Shown: piece after piece, positions 39,867 to 55,465 of the stretch | Layout of the letters: each line of letters starts with the position of its first letter | Position numbering within the stretch: position 1 is the stretch's first letter | NCBI GenBank assembly: GCA_964016885.1 | Contig: OZ024745.1 | Span: forward strand, 68,386,001 to 68,450,000 | Origin: Eledone cirrhosa | Lineage: Eukaryota | Reading direction: 5' to 3' | Length of the DNA: 64,000 nucleotides | Notes under the pieces: generated by a model | The model's input: the letters and a program-made list of their open reading frames with translations, nothing else | Database searches by the model: none | What the model was told of the DNA's origin: nothing | Position numbers and translations under genes: made by a program

Positions 39867-42800
39867 GGGATCGAAACTTGGATACGAAGTTTCTTCTCAT
39901 GTGTAGACTCAACAAGGTAGCCTTTATGTAGTCTATCAGGGTGCTAAAAATAACACCCAGATGACCCTCAAACCATGTAAATTGATAATAATACTTTCTG
40001 AGGTCAGTAAATTGGGAACGAGTGATCCCATTACTTAACTGAACATTATCAAATTTTTCGTTTGAAAAGAGATCTTTACCCTGAAATATCACGTAGATGT
40101 TTCAATTCTATTTTTGTTTTGTCATGCTTTACTGAGAGGAGAGAATCTGTACGTGGTCACTCGATGTCCTAGAAATAGCATCCACGTTACCACACGTCAT
40201 ACCCTACAGTCTTACCTAAGGATGTAGTGCTACATACCCTTAAAAAGGCTGCAAGATATTCTGGGGCTAAATAACAAGTTAGTTTATGTAACCGCTTTAT
40301 CTGCTAGAAACACTAGTCAAATCTTCCACAAATCACACACTGGTCTTGAAAATATAATGACTTCTTCAAGGATACAACTGCTAAGCAAACCCACACTTTT
40401 ATGATCGTGGGCCCAATATCATAACCACCGAGCCACACACTTAGTGAATAGCTATTTCTAAATATAACAAAACCCAGCAGCTGAAATCTTAATCAGCATT
40501 AGTATTGTATTAACATGTCTAGAATGTTCTTATGAACATGTCGAATTAAAACTGTTTTCCTTTAAGCCAAGTTGAGTAATGGTTAATTAGTTAGTCACAT
40601 AGTTAAATTAGCCACCTAAATTAGATTTATTTAAAAGTTGGCATGTTCAGTATTTTTTCTATATTTGCTTATTGTATCAAAACATCTCTTGGGGAAACAA
40701 TTCTGATTTCTTAATTATTTTCCAACACACTGTAGTGTGACAAAGATATGTGAAGTATTGACTTTAGTCAAAATTTGTTTTGATTGAAGAAATATATCAG
40801 ACTATATAGCTGTTCTTGTTTTTGTTTTCATTTTTATTGTTATTCCTTACAGCTGGAAATCAAATCTTTGAAATTATCAACATAAATCCACATTTCAATA
40901 ATTCTGACCATCTAAAGATGGGGAAGAAGTAAATATGATGTGCATATAAAGCTCTGTATTCATAACAACAGTTATAATTACATATCTGCTCTAAATTTGT
41001 ATATACGATATCATTAACTATATCAATGCATTAAGATCATTACCTACAAAATCAACATATCATCAAACTATCAACAGAAACCAATATAATTTTATCTATT
41101 AATAGAAATATTTAATCAGCTACATCCACGAAATATACCCTTAAATATCTATATGATTAACCATTAAATTGGCCTCGCACATTGATACTGTTAACAATAC
41201 AATTACGCCGTATATGGACGCAAGCATAGATAAATAGTTAAGAAGTTTGCTTCGTAATCGCATGTTCTCGGCTTCATCCCACTGGGTGGCATCTTGAGCA
41301 AGTGACTTTGCTATAGCTCTGTGTCGACCCAAGCGTTATAGTTGAAAATAGATAGGCGGAAACTATGAGGAAGATCGTATAATAAAAAGAAACCTGGCCT
41401 TGTCACATATTGTGTCACGTTGATTCGACTTGGATTAATACTGAATGTATTACACATTAATTCACGCGTTGGATATTCAGTTGATTGAACGACTGAATGC
41501 TCATCGTCGAAACCGATGGAGGATCCATCGTATGATATGTTCAAACACACCAACGGCCTGACATATTGATACAGTTAACAATATAATCGTCCTGTCTAAA
41601 CAAAATCGGTTTCATGAGTGTCTGTTGAAAATCTAATATAAATTAACGGAAGTTATAACTGGTCAGTCGTTGGTTGGTAAATCACACTCCGTCATTTACT
41701 CTGACCACATGATCGACGTTTCAAATCGATATCTCTTAAGGCTGTTGTCACAGTCATCCTTGCACCTGAATGACAGTATAGATTACTAGTAAACAAAAGA
41801 AGTTAATATCGTTGACATCAATAAAAAGCTTCTGGTGAAATCGTTTAATTGATTCAATAATAAAGTTGAGATGTACTAATTCATGATACGTAAAGAAATG
41901 CTCCAGTCTTAGTTTTATCATAATTTCCCCAGAGAAGTTCTGGAATTTTACACAACCTCAGCTTTCCTCTCCCTTAGAGATTTAAAGCATTGTTCTACAT
42001 GAGTAGGCGAGCCACATTAATGTTTGCAGTCTGAGCTGGTAGTAGAGACAGATTTTCTACTGATTCGTTTACATCTGTTCTTTCTTTTTATTTTTTATCT
42101 ATGTGACAAAATGAGTGCTGTCTGAGTGCAAATAATTTGCACTAGGAAACATAAGATAAAAACATATGGATAAAAAGATATCTGTGACAATATATATCAT
42201 TCGCTTATGATTAATCTCCTTCATGGATCATCAGTATTTAAATATCATTTATATCTTCTTTTATGAAATATGAACAGTTTAATATACTTTTCTGAAGAAA
42301 ATAGTTTTATATTAAGAATATAAATTCGGTTTTGTATGTCTCTTGCAAACTTCTTGATTGTTTTAATTTGGGGTGATTATCTGTGATGTAATAGTTCCGT
42401 AACTTCTAGTGGAGTGGTAACGGCGCCTTAGTGGCATACAGCGTTTCTTGAACAGTTTAAGCAGGTCTGAACACAATAGATTTCTTCCATAGAAGGATTG
42501 AAAGTGAGAGAGAGAAAAGGAGAAAGAGATATAGAGGAACAATCGACCCAAGTACTAGACTGGCACCTTTTTTATCGACCTCGAAAGGGGTTTGAACTTA
42601 GAGAGAAGAATGTCGGAATGAATACCGCAAAGCATTCTATTCGACATTTTAACGACTCTGCCAGTTCGCTGTCGCCGTGATTATTTTACTAATCAAAAAT
42701 ATTCATACTGGTTGAATTTTAGTTTTATTTTATTAACCAGATGATTAATTCTCCGATCAGTTGATTAATCAACTAATTAATTTATGCTGTTATATTTAAT

Positions 42801-42904
42801 AATGTATAGTACAATACTAGCTACGGTAAGATTGGAATTATATTCTCATAGATTTCACGATAAAAGCGGAGAGATGGGAGGTTTTATTTCAATCTAGAAA
42901 ACTT

Positions 42905-43203
42905 GGTTGGTGAATTGGCAGAGTTGTTAAGACCATAGCGAAAAATGATGCATTATTTCTTTGATCGGTAGAGGGTCGGACGCCATTAAGACCATAGCGA
43001 AAAATGATGCATTCGGTGAATTGGCAGTACCGGTAGAGGGTCGGACGCCATGCTTTGACGCATAGAGTTACGGCCCTTGCCATTCTGAGTTCAAATCCCG
43101 CCGAGGTTAACTTTGCCTTTCATCCTTACGGGGTCGATAAAATAAAGTACCAGTAATGTACTGGGTAATTGCTGGCCTTGTGCCAATAGTAGAAACAATT
43201 ATT
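42905..43203 (+). mobile_element. tRNA-derived SINE, family 1, with scrambled/duplicated 5' head
   Basis: Full body from ~43015. Upstream are repeated pieces 'ggtgaattggcag', 'ttaagaccatagcgaaaaatgatgcatt' and 'cggtagagggtcggacgccat'. Confidence 0.8.
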
Positions 43204-44280
43204 TCTTTGGATTCTTGACTTAAAAAACTTCTGAAGTCAACTTCGTCTCTCAGATTTTCGAAATCAACAAATGAAGTATCATTCAGAGTAGTGGCGGAAT
43301 GGTAAAGTGTTTTGGCTCTGTCACCCGCCACCAGGAAAACGAGGTGTCGTTTCTGACAGGAGTTGTAACTAACAGTTAGTACCAGTAATGGAAAGATCAA
43401 TGGAAACATAGTCTCCTTGGTCCGAATTAGATAAACAGCTACTTTGCTTTCTTTTTATTTTCTTTCTTATATAACATAATTGGAAAGTAACATTATTAAC
43501 TAGAATATATATCCTGAGAAATGAAGGCGGGTGGCTTAGTGGTTAGAGTGATCAACTCTAATTGTGACTTCCATTCCCAGTGGTGCATTGTGTTCTTGAT
43601 CAAGACACTTTATTTCACATTGCTAGAAACATAAGTTGTATCTGTAATTCAAAGCATCCAACTTGTCAATTCTGTCACTCCAAAATTTCATGTAAACTAT
43701 ATTAAGGTTATACGTGCCTGTGGAATGCTCAAGCAATTGCACGTTAAATTTACAAGTAGACGGTTTCCTTGATCAAATATTAGTAACAGTCAATGTTGGA
43801 ACTCCTGAAAGAAGAAAACATCTTTTAATATAAGTAACATTGTAATTTAATAGTTTAATGAAGAGAAATATATGCTGAAAATATCATTTGATGTGAAAGA
43901 ACTTCATATGGTTCAGTGAATACATAAAAGGACTGTTTAAAGGGTAAGAAGTGCAAGGCTGAACGAATATTATGAAAAGGGTCGATTAGTAATAAGATAC
44001 AGAAATTCTCATCTTTCTGCGTGAGTTTTAGCATATTTGATTTTTTTTTTTTAGTTTTAACTTTGTCTCTGAAATTTTTATTTATTTACTTCTTCAGTTG
44101 AGAAGCAAAAAGCAAAAACGTTTTATTAATAAAAAAAAATCATAAACAAATCTATTTCAAATAACAAAAACACTACAGATATAAATGGGTGGTGGAAGGG
44201 GGAGGGTGATGGGCTTTAGGCCTAGGTCGTGGCGGTGTTGCGGCTGCGCGCCGTGGACAATACTGCAAAAGCATTTCCGC

Positions 44281-47200
44281 CTATCTATATCAATTAACAC
44301 CAAACTCTCCCCTATCTATATCTACTGCACAGAACTCTCTTCCAATCGCCCTCTCTATATCAATTAACACCAAACTCTCCCCTATCTATATCTACTGCAC
44401 AGAACTCTCTTCCAATCCCCCTCTCTATATCAATTAACACCAAACTCTCCCGCTCTCTATATCTACTACACAGAACTCTCTTCCAATCCCCCTCTCTATA
44501 TCAATTAACACCAAACTCTCCCCTATCTATATCTACTGCACAGAACTCTCTTCCAATCCCCCTCTCTATATCAATTAACACCAAACTCTCCCGCTCTCTA
44601 TATCTACTACACAGAACTCTCTTCCAATCCCCCTCTCTATATCAATTAACACCAAACTCTCCCCTCTCTATATCTACTACACAGAACTCTCTTCCAATCC
44701 CCCTCTCTATATCAATTAACACCAAACTCTCCCCTATCTATATCTACTGCACAGAACTCTCTTCCAATCCCCCTCTCTATATCAATTAACACCAAACTCT
44801 CCCCTATCTATATCTACTACACAGAACTCTCTTCCAATCCCCCTCTCTATATCAATTAACACCAAACTCTCCCCTCTCTATATCTACTACACAGAACTCT
44901 CTTCCAATCCCCCTCTCTATATCAATTAACACCAAACTCTCCCCTATCTATATCTACTACACAGAACTCTCTTCCAATCCCCCTCTCTATATCAATTAAC
45001 ACCAAACTCTCCCCTCTCTATATCTACTACACAGAACTCTCTTCCAATCCCCCTCTCTATATCAATTAACACCAAACTCTCCCCAATCTATATCTACTAC
45101 ACAGAACTCTCTTCCAATCCTCCTCTCTATATCAATTAACACCAAACTCTCCCGCTCTCTATATCTACTGCACAGAACTCTCTTCCAATCCCCCTCTCTA
45201 TATCAATTAACACCAAACTCTCCCCTATCTATATCTACTACACAGAACTCTCTTCCAATCCCCCTCTCTATATCAATTAACACCAAACTCTCCCCTATCT
45301 ATATCTACTACACAGAACTCTCTTCCAATCCCCCTCTCTATATCAATTAACACCAAACTCTCCCCTATCTATATCTACTACACAAAACTCTCTTCCAATC
45401 CCCCTCTCTATATCAATTAACACCAAACTCTCCCGCTCTCTATATCTACTACACAGAACTCTCTTCCAATCCCCCTCTCTATATCAATTAACACCAAACT
45501 CTCCCCTATCTATATCTACTGCACAGAACTCTCTTCCAATCCCCCTCTCTATATCAATTAACACCAAACTCTCCCGCTCTCTATATCTACTACACAGAAC
45601 TCTCTTCCAATCCCCCTCTCTATATCAATTAACACCAAACTCTCCCCTATCTATATCTACTGCACAGAACTCTCTTCCAATCCCCCTCTCTATATCAATT
45701 AACACCAAACTCTCCCGCTCTCTATATCTACTACACAGAACTCTCTTCCAATCCCCCTCTCTATATCAATTAACACCAAACTCTCCCCTATCTATATGTA
45801 CTGCACAGAACTCTCTTCCAATCCCCCTCTCTATATCAATTAACACCAAACTCTCCCGCTCTCTATATCTACTACACAGAACTCTCTTCCAATCCCCCTC
45901 TCTATATCAATTAACACCAAACTCTCCCCTATCTATATCTACTGCACAGAACTCTCTTCCAATCCCCCTCTCTATATCAATTAACACCAAACTCTCCCGC
46001 TCTCTATATCTACTACACAGAACTCTCTTCCAATCCCCCTCTCTATATCAATTAACACCAAACTCTCCCCTATCTATATCTACTGCACAGAACTCTCTTC
46101 CAATCCCCCTTTCTATATCAATTAACACCAAACTCTCCCGCTCTCTATATCTACTACACAGAACTCTCTTCCAATCCCCCTCTCTATATCAATTAACACC
46201 AAACTCTCCCCTATCTATATCTACTGCACAGAACTCTCTTCCAATCCCCCTCTCTATATCAATTAACACCAAACTCTCCCGCTCTCTATATCTACTACAC
46301 AGAACTCTCTTCCAATCCCCCTCTCTATATCAATTAACACCAAACTCTCCCCTCTCTATATCTACTACACAGAACTCTCTTCCAATCCCCCTCTCTATAT
46401 CAATTAACACCAAACTCTCCCCTATCTATATCTACTGCACAGAACTCTCTTCCAATCCCCCTCTCTATATCAATTAACACCAAACTCTCCCCTATCTATA
46501 TCTACTACACAGAACTCTCTTCCAATCCCCCTCTCTATATCAATTAACACCAAACTCTCCCCTCTCTATATCTACTACACAGAACTCTCTTCCAATCCCC
46601 CTCTCTATATCAATTAACACCAAACTCTCCCCTATCTATATCTACTACACAGAACTCTCTTCCAATCCCCCTCTCTATATCAATTAACACCAAACTCTCC
46701 CCTCTCTATATCTACTACACAGAACTCTCTTCCAATCCCCCTCTCTATATCAATTAACACCAAACTCTCCCCTAACTATATCTACTACACAGAACTCTCT
46801 TCCAATCCTCCTCTCTATATCAATTAACACCAAACTCTCCCGCTCTCTATATCTACTGCACAGAACTCTCTTCCAATCCCCCTCTCTATATCAATTAACA
46901 CCAAACTCTCCCCTATCTATATCTACTACACAGAACTCTCTTCCAATCCCCCTCTCTATATCAATTAACACCAAACTCTCCCCTATCTATATCTACTACA
47001 CAGAACTCTCTTCCAATCCCCCTCTCTATATCAATTAACACCAAACTCTCCCCTATCTATATCTACTACACAAAACTCTCTTCCAATCCCCCTCTCTATA
47101 TCAATTAACACCAAACTCTCCCGCTCTCTATATCTACTACACAGAACTCTCTTCCAATCCCCCTCTCTATATCAATTAACACCAAACTCTCCCCTATCTA

Positions 47201-50200
47201 TATCTACTACACAAAACTCTCTTCCAATCCCCCTCTCTATATCAATTAACACCAAACTCTCCCGCTCTCTATATCTACTACACAGAACTCTCTTCCAATC
47301 CCCCTCTCTATATCAATTAACACCAAACTCTCCCCTATCTATATCTACTGCACAGAACTCTCTTCCAATCCCCCTCTCTATATCAATTAACACCAAACTC
47401 TCCCGCTCTCTATATCTACTACACAGAACTCTCTTCCAATCCCCCTCTCTATATCAATTAACACCAAACTCTCCCCTATCTATATCTACTGCACAGAACT
47501 CTCTTCCAATCCCCCTCTCTATATCAATTAACACCAAACTCTCCCGCTCTCTATATCTACTACACAGAACTCTCTTCCAATCCCCCTCTCTATATCAATT
47601 AACACCAAACTCTCCCCTATCTATATGTACTGCACAGAACTCTCTTCCAATCCCCCTCTCTATATCAATTAACACCAAACTCTCCCGCTCTCTATATCTA
47701 CTACACAGAACTCTCTTCCAATCCCCCTCTCTATATCAATTAACACCAAACTCTCCCCTATCTATATCTACTGCACAGAACTCTCTTCCAATCCCCCTCT
47801 CTATATCAATTAACACCAAACTCTCCCCTCTCTATATCTACTACACAGAACTCTCTTCCAATCCCCCTCTCTATATCAATTAACACCAAACTCTCCCCTA
47901 TCTATATCTACTACACAGAACTCTCTTCCAATCCCCCTCTCTATATCAATTAACACCAAACTCTCCCGCTCTCTATATCTACTACACAGAACTCTCTTCC
48001 AATCCCCCTCTCTATATCAATTAACACCAAACTCTCCCCTATCTATATCTACTGCACAGAACTCTCTTCCAATCCCCCTCTCTATATCAATTAACACCAA
48101 ACTCTCCCCTCTCTATATCTACTACACAGAACTCTCTTCCAATCCCCCTCTCTATATCAATTAACACCAAACTCTCCCCTATCTATATCTACTACACAGA
48201 ACTCTCTTCCAATCCCCCTCTCTATATCAATTAACACCAAACTCTCCCCTCTCTATATCTACTACACAGAACTCTCTTCCAATCCCCCTCTCTATATCAA
48301 TTAACACCAAACTCTCCCCAATCTATATCTACTACACAGAACTCTCTTCCAATCCTCCTCTCTATATCAATTAACACCAAACTCTCCCGCTCTCTATATC
48401 TACTGCACAGAACTCTCTTCCAATCCCCCTCTCTATATCAATTAACACCAAACTCTCCCCTATCTATATCTACTACACAGAACTCTCTTCCAATCCCCCT
48501 CTCTATATCAATTAACACCAAACTCTCCCCTATCTATATCTACTACACAGAACTCTCTTCCAATCCCCCTCTCTATATCAATTAACACCAAACTCTCCCC
48601 TATCTATATCTACTACACAAAACTCTCTTCCAATCCCCCTCTCTATATCAATTAACACCAAACTCTCCCGCTCTCTATATCTACTACACAGAACTCTCTT
48701 CCAATCCCCCTCTCTATATCAATTAACACCAAACTCTCCCCTATCTATATCTACTGCACAGAACTCTCTTCCAATCCCCCTCTCTATATCAATTAACACC
48801 AAACTCTCCCGCTCTCTATATCTACTACACAGAACTCTCTTCCAATCCCCCTCTCTATATCAATTAACACCAAACTCTCCCCTATCTATATCTACTGCAC
48901 AGAACTCTCTTCCAATCCCCCTCTCTATATCAATTAACACCAAACTCTCCCGCTCTCTATATCTACTACACAGAACTCTCTTCCAATCCCCCTCTCTATA
49001 TCAATTAACACCAAACTCTCCCCTATCTATATGTACTGCACAGAACTCTCTTCCAATCCCCCTCTCTATATCAATTAACACCAAACTCTCCCGCTCTCTA
49101 TATCTACTACACAGAACTCTCTTCCAATCCCCCTCTCTATATCAATTAACACCAAACTCTCCCCTATCTATATCTACTGCACAGAACTCTCTTCCAATCC
49201 CCCTCTCTATATCAATTAACACCAAACTCTCCCGCTCTCTATATCTACTACACAGAACTCTCTTCCAATCCCCCTCTCTATATCAATTAACACCAAACTC
49301 TCCCCTATCTATATCTACTGCACAGAACTCTCTTCCAATCCCCCTTTCTATATCAATTAACACCAAACTCTCCCGCTCTCTATATCTACTACACAGAACT
49401 CTCTTCCAATCCCCCTCTCTATATCAATTAACACCAAACTCTCCCCTATCTATATCTACTGCACAGAACTCTCTTCCAATCCCCCTCTCTATATCAATTA
49501 ACACCAAACTCTCCCGCTCTCTATATCTACTACACAGAACTCTCTTCCAATCCCCCTCTCTATATCAATTAACACCAAACTCTCCCCTCTCTATATCTAC
49601 TACACAGAACTCTCTTCCAATCCCCCTCTCTATATCAATTAACACCAAACTCTCCCCTATCTATATCTACTGCACAGAACTCTCTTCCAATCCCCCTCTC
49701 TATATCAATTAACACCAAACTCTCCCCTATCTATATCTACTACACAGAACTCTCTTCCAATCCCCCTCTCTATATCAATTAACACCAAACTCTCCCCTCT
49801 CTATATCTACTACACAGAACTCTCTTCCAATCCCCCTCTCTATATCAATTAACACCAAACTCTCCCCTATCTATATCTACTACACAGAACTCTCTTCCAA
49901 TCCCCCTCTCTATATCAATTAACACCAAACTCTCCCCTCTCTATATCTACTACACAGAACTCTCTTCCAATCCCCCTCTCTATATCAATTAACACCAAAC
50001 TCTCCCCTAACTATATCTACTACACAGAACTCTCTTCCAATCCTCCTCTCTATATCAATTAACACCAAACTCTCCCGCTCTCTATATCTACTGCACAGAA
50101 CTCTCTTCCAATCCCCCTCTCTATATCAATTAACACCAAACTCTCCCCTATCTATATCTACTACACAGAACTCTCTTCCAATCCCCCTCTCTATATCAAT

Positions 50201-53200
50201 TAACACCAAACTCTCCCCTATCTATATCTACTACACAGAACTCTCTTCCAATCCCCCTCTCTATATCAATTAACACCAAACTCTCCCCTATCTATATCTA
50301 CTACACAAAACTCTCTTCCAATCCCCCTCTCTATATCAATTAACACCAAACTCTCCCGCTCTCTATATCTACTACACAGAACTCTCTTCCAATCCCCCTC
50401 TCTATATCAATTAACACCAAACTCTCCCCTATCTATATCTACTACACAAAACTCTCTTCCAATCCCCCTCTCTATATCAATTAACACCAAACTCTCCCGC
50501 TCTCTATATCTACTACACAGAACTCTCTTCCAATCCCCCTCTCTATATCAATTAACACCAAACTCTCCCCTATCTATATCTACTGCACTGAACTCTCTTC
50601 CAATCCCCCTCTCTATATCAATTAACACCAAACTCTCCCGCTCTCTATATCTACTACACAGAACTCTCTTCCAATCCCCCTCTCTATATCAATTAACACC
50701 AAACTCTCCCCTATCTATATGTACTGCACAGAACTCTCTTCCAATCCCCCTCTCTATATCAATTAACACCAAACTCTCCCGCTCTCTATATCTACTACAC
50801 AGAACTCTCTTCCAATCCCCCTCTCTATATCAATTAACACCAAACTCTCCCCTATCTATATCTACTGCACAGAACTCTCTTCCAATCCCCCTCTCTATAT
50901 CAATTAACACCAAACTCTCCCGCTCTCTATATCTACTACACAGAACTCTCTTCCAATCCCCCTCTCTATATCAATTAACACCAAACTCTCCCCTATCTAT
51001 ATCTACTGCACAGAACTCTCTTCCAATCCCCCTTTCTATATCAATTAACACCAAACTCTCCCACTCTCTATATCTACTACACAGAACTCTCTTCCAATCC
51101 CCCTCTCTATATCAATTAACACCAAACTCTCCCCTATCTATATCTACTGCACAGAACTCTCTTCCAATCCCCCTCTCTATATCAATTAACACCAAACTCT
51201 CCCGCTCTCTATATCTACTACACAGAACTCTCTTCCAATCCCCCTCTCTATATCAATTAACACCAAACTCTCCCCTATCTATATCTACTGCACAGAACTC
51301 TCTTCCAATCCCCCTCTCTATATCAATTAACACCAAACTCTCCCGCTCTCTATATCTACTACACAGAACTCTCTTCCAATCCCCCTCTCTATATCAATTA
51401 ACACCAAACTCTCCCCTATCTATATCTACTACACAGAACTCTCTTCCAATCCCCCTCTCTATATCAATTAACACCAAACTCTCCCCTCTCTATATCTACT
51501 ACACAGAACTCTCTTCCAATCCCCCTCTCTATATCAATTAACACCAAACTCTCCCCTATCTATATCTACTGCACAGAACTCTCTTCCAATCCCCCTCTCT
51601 ATATCAATTAACACCAAACTCTCCCCTATCTATATCTACTACACAGAACTCTCTTCCAATCCCCCTCTCTATATCAATTAACACCAAACTCTCCCCTCTC
51701 TATATCTACTACACAGAACTCTCTTCCAATCCCCCTCTCTATATCAATTAACACCAAACTCTCCCCTATCTATATCTACTACACAGAACTCTCTTCCAAT
51801 CCCCCTCTCTATATCAATTAACACCAAACTCTCCCCTCTCTATATCTACTACACAGAACTCTCTTCCAATCCCCCTCTCTATATCAATTAACACCAAACT
51901 CTCCCCTATCTATATCTACTACACAGAACTCTCTTCCAATCCTCCTCTCTATATCAATTAACACCAAACTCTCCCGCTCTCTATATCTACTGCACAGAAC
52001 TCTCTTCCAATCCCCCTCTCTATATCAATTAACACCAAACTCTCCCCTATCTATATCTACTACACAGAACTCTCTTCCAATCCCCCTCTCTATATCAATT
52101 AACACCAAACTCTCCCCTATCTATATCTACTACACAGAACTCTCTTCCAATCCCCCTCTCTATATCAATTAACACCAAACTCTCCCCTATCTATATCTAC
52201 TACACAAAACTCTCTTCCAATCCCCCTCTCTATATCAATTAACACCAAACTCTCCCGCTCTCTATATCTACTACACAGAACTCTCTTCCAATCCCCCTCT
52301 CTATATCAATTAACACCAAACTCTCCCCTATCTATATCTACTGCACAGAACTCTCTTCCAATCCCCCTCTCTATATCAATTAACACCAAACTCTCCCGCT
52401 CTCTATATCTACTACACAGAACTCTCTTCCAATCCCCCTCTCTATATCAATTAACACCAAACTCTCCCCTATCTATATCTACTGCACAGAACTCTCTTCC
52501 AATCCCCCTCTCTATATCAATTAACACCAAACTCTCCCGCTCTCTATATCTACTACACAGAACTCTCTTCCAATCCCCCTCTCTATATCAATTAACACCA
52601 AACTCTCCCCTATCTATATGTACTGCACAGAACTCTCTTCCAATCCACCTCTCTATATCAATTAACACCAAACTCTCCCGCTCTCTATATCTACTACACA
52701 GAACTCTCTTCCAATCCCCCTCTCTATATCAATTAACACCAAACTCTCCCCTATCTATATCTACTGCACAGAACTCTCTTCCAATCCCCCTCTCTATATC
52801 AATTAACACCAAACTCTCCCGCTCTCTATATCTACTACACAGAACTCTCTTCCAATCCCCCTCTCTATATCAATTAACACCAAACTCTCCCCTATCTATA
52901 TCTACTGCACAGAACTCTCTTCCAATCCCCCTCTCTATATCAATTAACACCAAACTCTCCCGCTCTCTATATCTACTACACAGAACTCTCTTCCAATCCC
53001 CCTCTCTATATCAATTAACACCAAACTCTCCCCTATCTATATCTACTACACAAAACTCTCTTCCAATCCCCCTCTCTATATCAATTAACACCAAACTCTC
53101 CCGCTCTCTATATCTACTACACAGAACTCTCTTCCAATCCCCCTCTCTATATCAATTAACACCAAACTCTCCCCTATCTATATCTACTGCACAGAACTCT

Positions 53201-54050
53201 CTTCCAATCCCCCTCTCTATATCAATTAACACCAAACTCTCCCGCTCTCTATATCTACTACACAGAACTCTCTCCCAATCCCCCTCTCTATATCAATTAA
53301 CACCAAACTCTCCCCTATCTATATCTACTGCACAGAACTCTCTTCCAATCCCCCTCTCTATATCAATTAACACCAAACTCTCCCGCTCTCTATATCTACT
53401 ACACAGAACTCTCTTCCAATCCCCCTCTCTATATCAATTAACACCAAACTCTCCCCTATCTATATCTACTGCACAGAACTCTCTTCCAATCCCCCTTTCT
53501 ATATCAATTAACACCAAACTCTCCCGCTCTCTATATCTACTACACAGAACTCTCTTCCAATCCCCCTCTCTATATCAATTAACACCAAACTCTCCCCTAT
53601 CTATATCTACTGCACAGAACTCTCTTCCAATCCCCCTCTCTATATCAATTAACACCAAACTCTCCCGCTCTCTATATCTACTACACAGAACTCTCTTCCA
53701 ATCCCCCTCTCTATATCAATTAACACCAAACTCTCCCCTATCTATATCTACTGCACAGAACTCTCTTCCAATCCCCCTCTCTATATCAATTAACACCAAA
53801 CTCTCCCGCTCTCTATATCTACTACACAGAACTCTCTTCCAATCCCCCTCTCTATATCAATTAACACCAAACTCTCCCCTATCTATATCTACTACACAGA
53901 ACTCTCTTCCAATCCCCCTCTCTATATCAATTAACACCAAACTCTCCCCTATCTATATCTACTACACAGAACTCTCTTCCAATCCCCCTCTCTATATAAA
54001 TTAACACCAAACTATCCCACTCTCTATATCTATTTATACCTATCTCTCCC
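44281..54050 (+). repeat. 70/71-bp satellite array (~138 units) with higher-order structure
   Basis: Unit CTCTCTATATCAATTAACACCAAACTCTCCC(G)CT(A/C)TCTATATCTACT(A/G)CACAGAACTCTCTTCCAATCCCC; starts at 44281, 44351, 44421, 44492... Confidence 0.98.
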
Positions 54051-54206
54051 AATACCCTTCACTATCCATCACCACCAAACTCTCCTCCAGGTCTGGAAAC
54101 AGAGGTGCTACAAAATCGGCGTTATACCTGTATTAGATTCTATTTGCAGGTATATCTTTCCATATTTAAGATTTACCTGGAAATAGAAACAACTAAACCT
54201 TTGATA

Positions 54207-54335
54207 AGGCGATGCATTGGAAATCTTTAGAAAGTCGGATGGAAAGCTTTGCGGCATTCGTTCAGACTCTCAGTGTTCAAATCTTGCTCTGGCCAACTTT
54301 GCTTTTATACTTTCACGTGGGATAAAGTACCAGTC
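54207..54335 (+). mobile_element. Diverged tRNA-SINE fragment, family 1
   Basis: GTGTTCAAATCTTGC...CAACTTTGCTTTTATACTTTCACGTGGGATAAAGTACCAGT. Confidence 0.6.
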
Positions 54336-55465
54336 CTGTACATTTTCTCTCTATTTCTCTGTGGCTCTCTGTCCCAGACATGCAGACTGTTGGGCGCCAC
54401 CCGGTTGAAATGCCCAAGACAATCAGTAGTTAAATGTGTATATATACATGCACGGTTTGATGAAAGGGAGAAATTGTCAGATTATTCACGTACCATTTAT
54501 TAAATTGCTAACTGCAAAGTGTCTGCATGTTAATTTCTCATTACTTCAAATTGTATTCAACTAATCACCAATGGAATTATCTCAGATGTCAGAAATGTTG
54601 TATGATAATATTCAAATACAATCGAATATTATTTGTGTCATATGAAATGTAATTGATTTTATTGTGGTGTCTTCACGGTCCCGGTTGACAGACTGGCGAA
54701 TGTGTTACCCCCAGAGAATAGTGAGTTGCATTGAAGACGTCAGTTAAACTAGCTGATGGCTGTCTCTAAACAGCAGATGACTCTCTCCATCACAATCGCA
54801 ATAAGTAGTACGAGGTAGATCTCGGACCCATCATGCTACATGATTCAAAGGCAGTCTAACTAGTAGAGCTCGTTCTAGCCGATGGCCATTTATATCTTTA
54901 TTACAGTAAGCAGAGGATGGAATGGGGCCTCAGTGTGCAAGATATTTCCACCCCACCGCTATGGATTCGACGACAAAGCTATCAGAGAATGGCCAGTACG
55001 TAGAGAAATGTGTTGGAGATCAAGGATATCAGATGTTTCTACCGCTGTGATTAGCGAATACGCAAAATTCGGAACAGTATTTCCATAGTAATAACTTTAC
55101 TGTAAGAGAATGTTAAATTCCTTCTATCAATCAATCCATTCTTTCTGAGAAGAATAGGTATTTCAAAGACAGTAAATGACTTTCTCTACACAGCTATTAC
55201 ATAGCCACACAACGTCTGTCTGTGTGAGACAAATACTAATTAATAAGATTAATCATTTCTAACAGACATCTTGACACAGGAAAGTTTCTCTTTCCAGCTT
55301 TTGTCCTAATGTGTTGATTATTATCATTGGCTGTTGTTCTGTACATTATATTTCACACAGAGTATATAATATACTGCATGCATTATGTATGTATGTATGT
55401 ATGTATGTATGTATGTATGTATGTATGTATGTATGTATGTATGTATGTATATTTATATATATATA

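Noticed and set aside
44281-54050. CRISPR-like or coding repeat array
   Set aside because: No unique spacers, no cas genes and no ORF; it is a eukaryotic tandem satellite.
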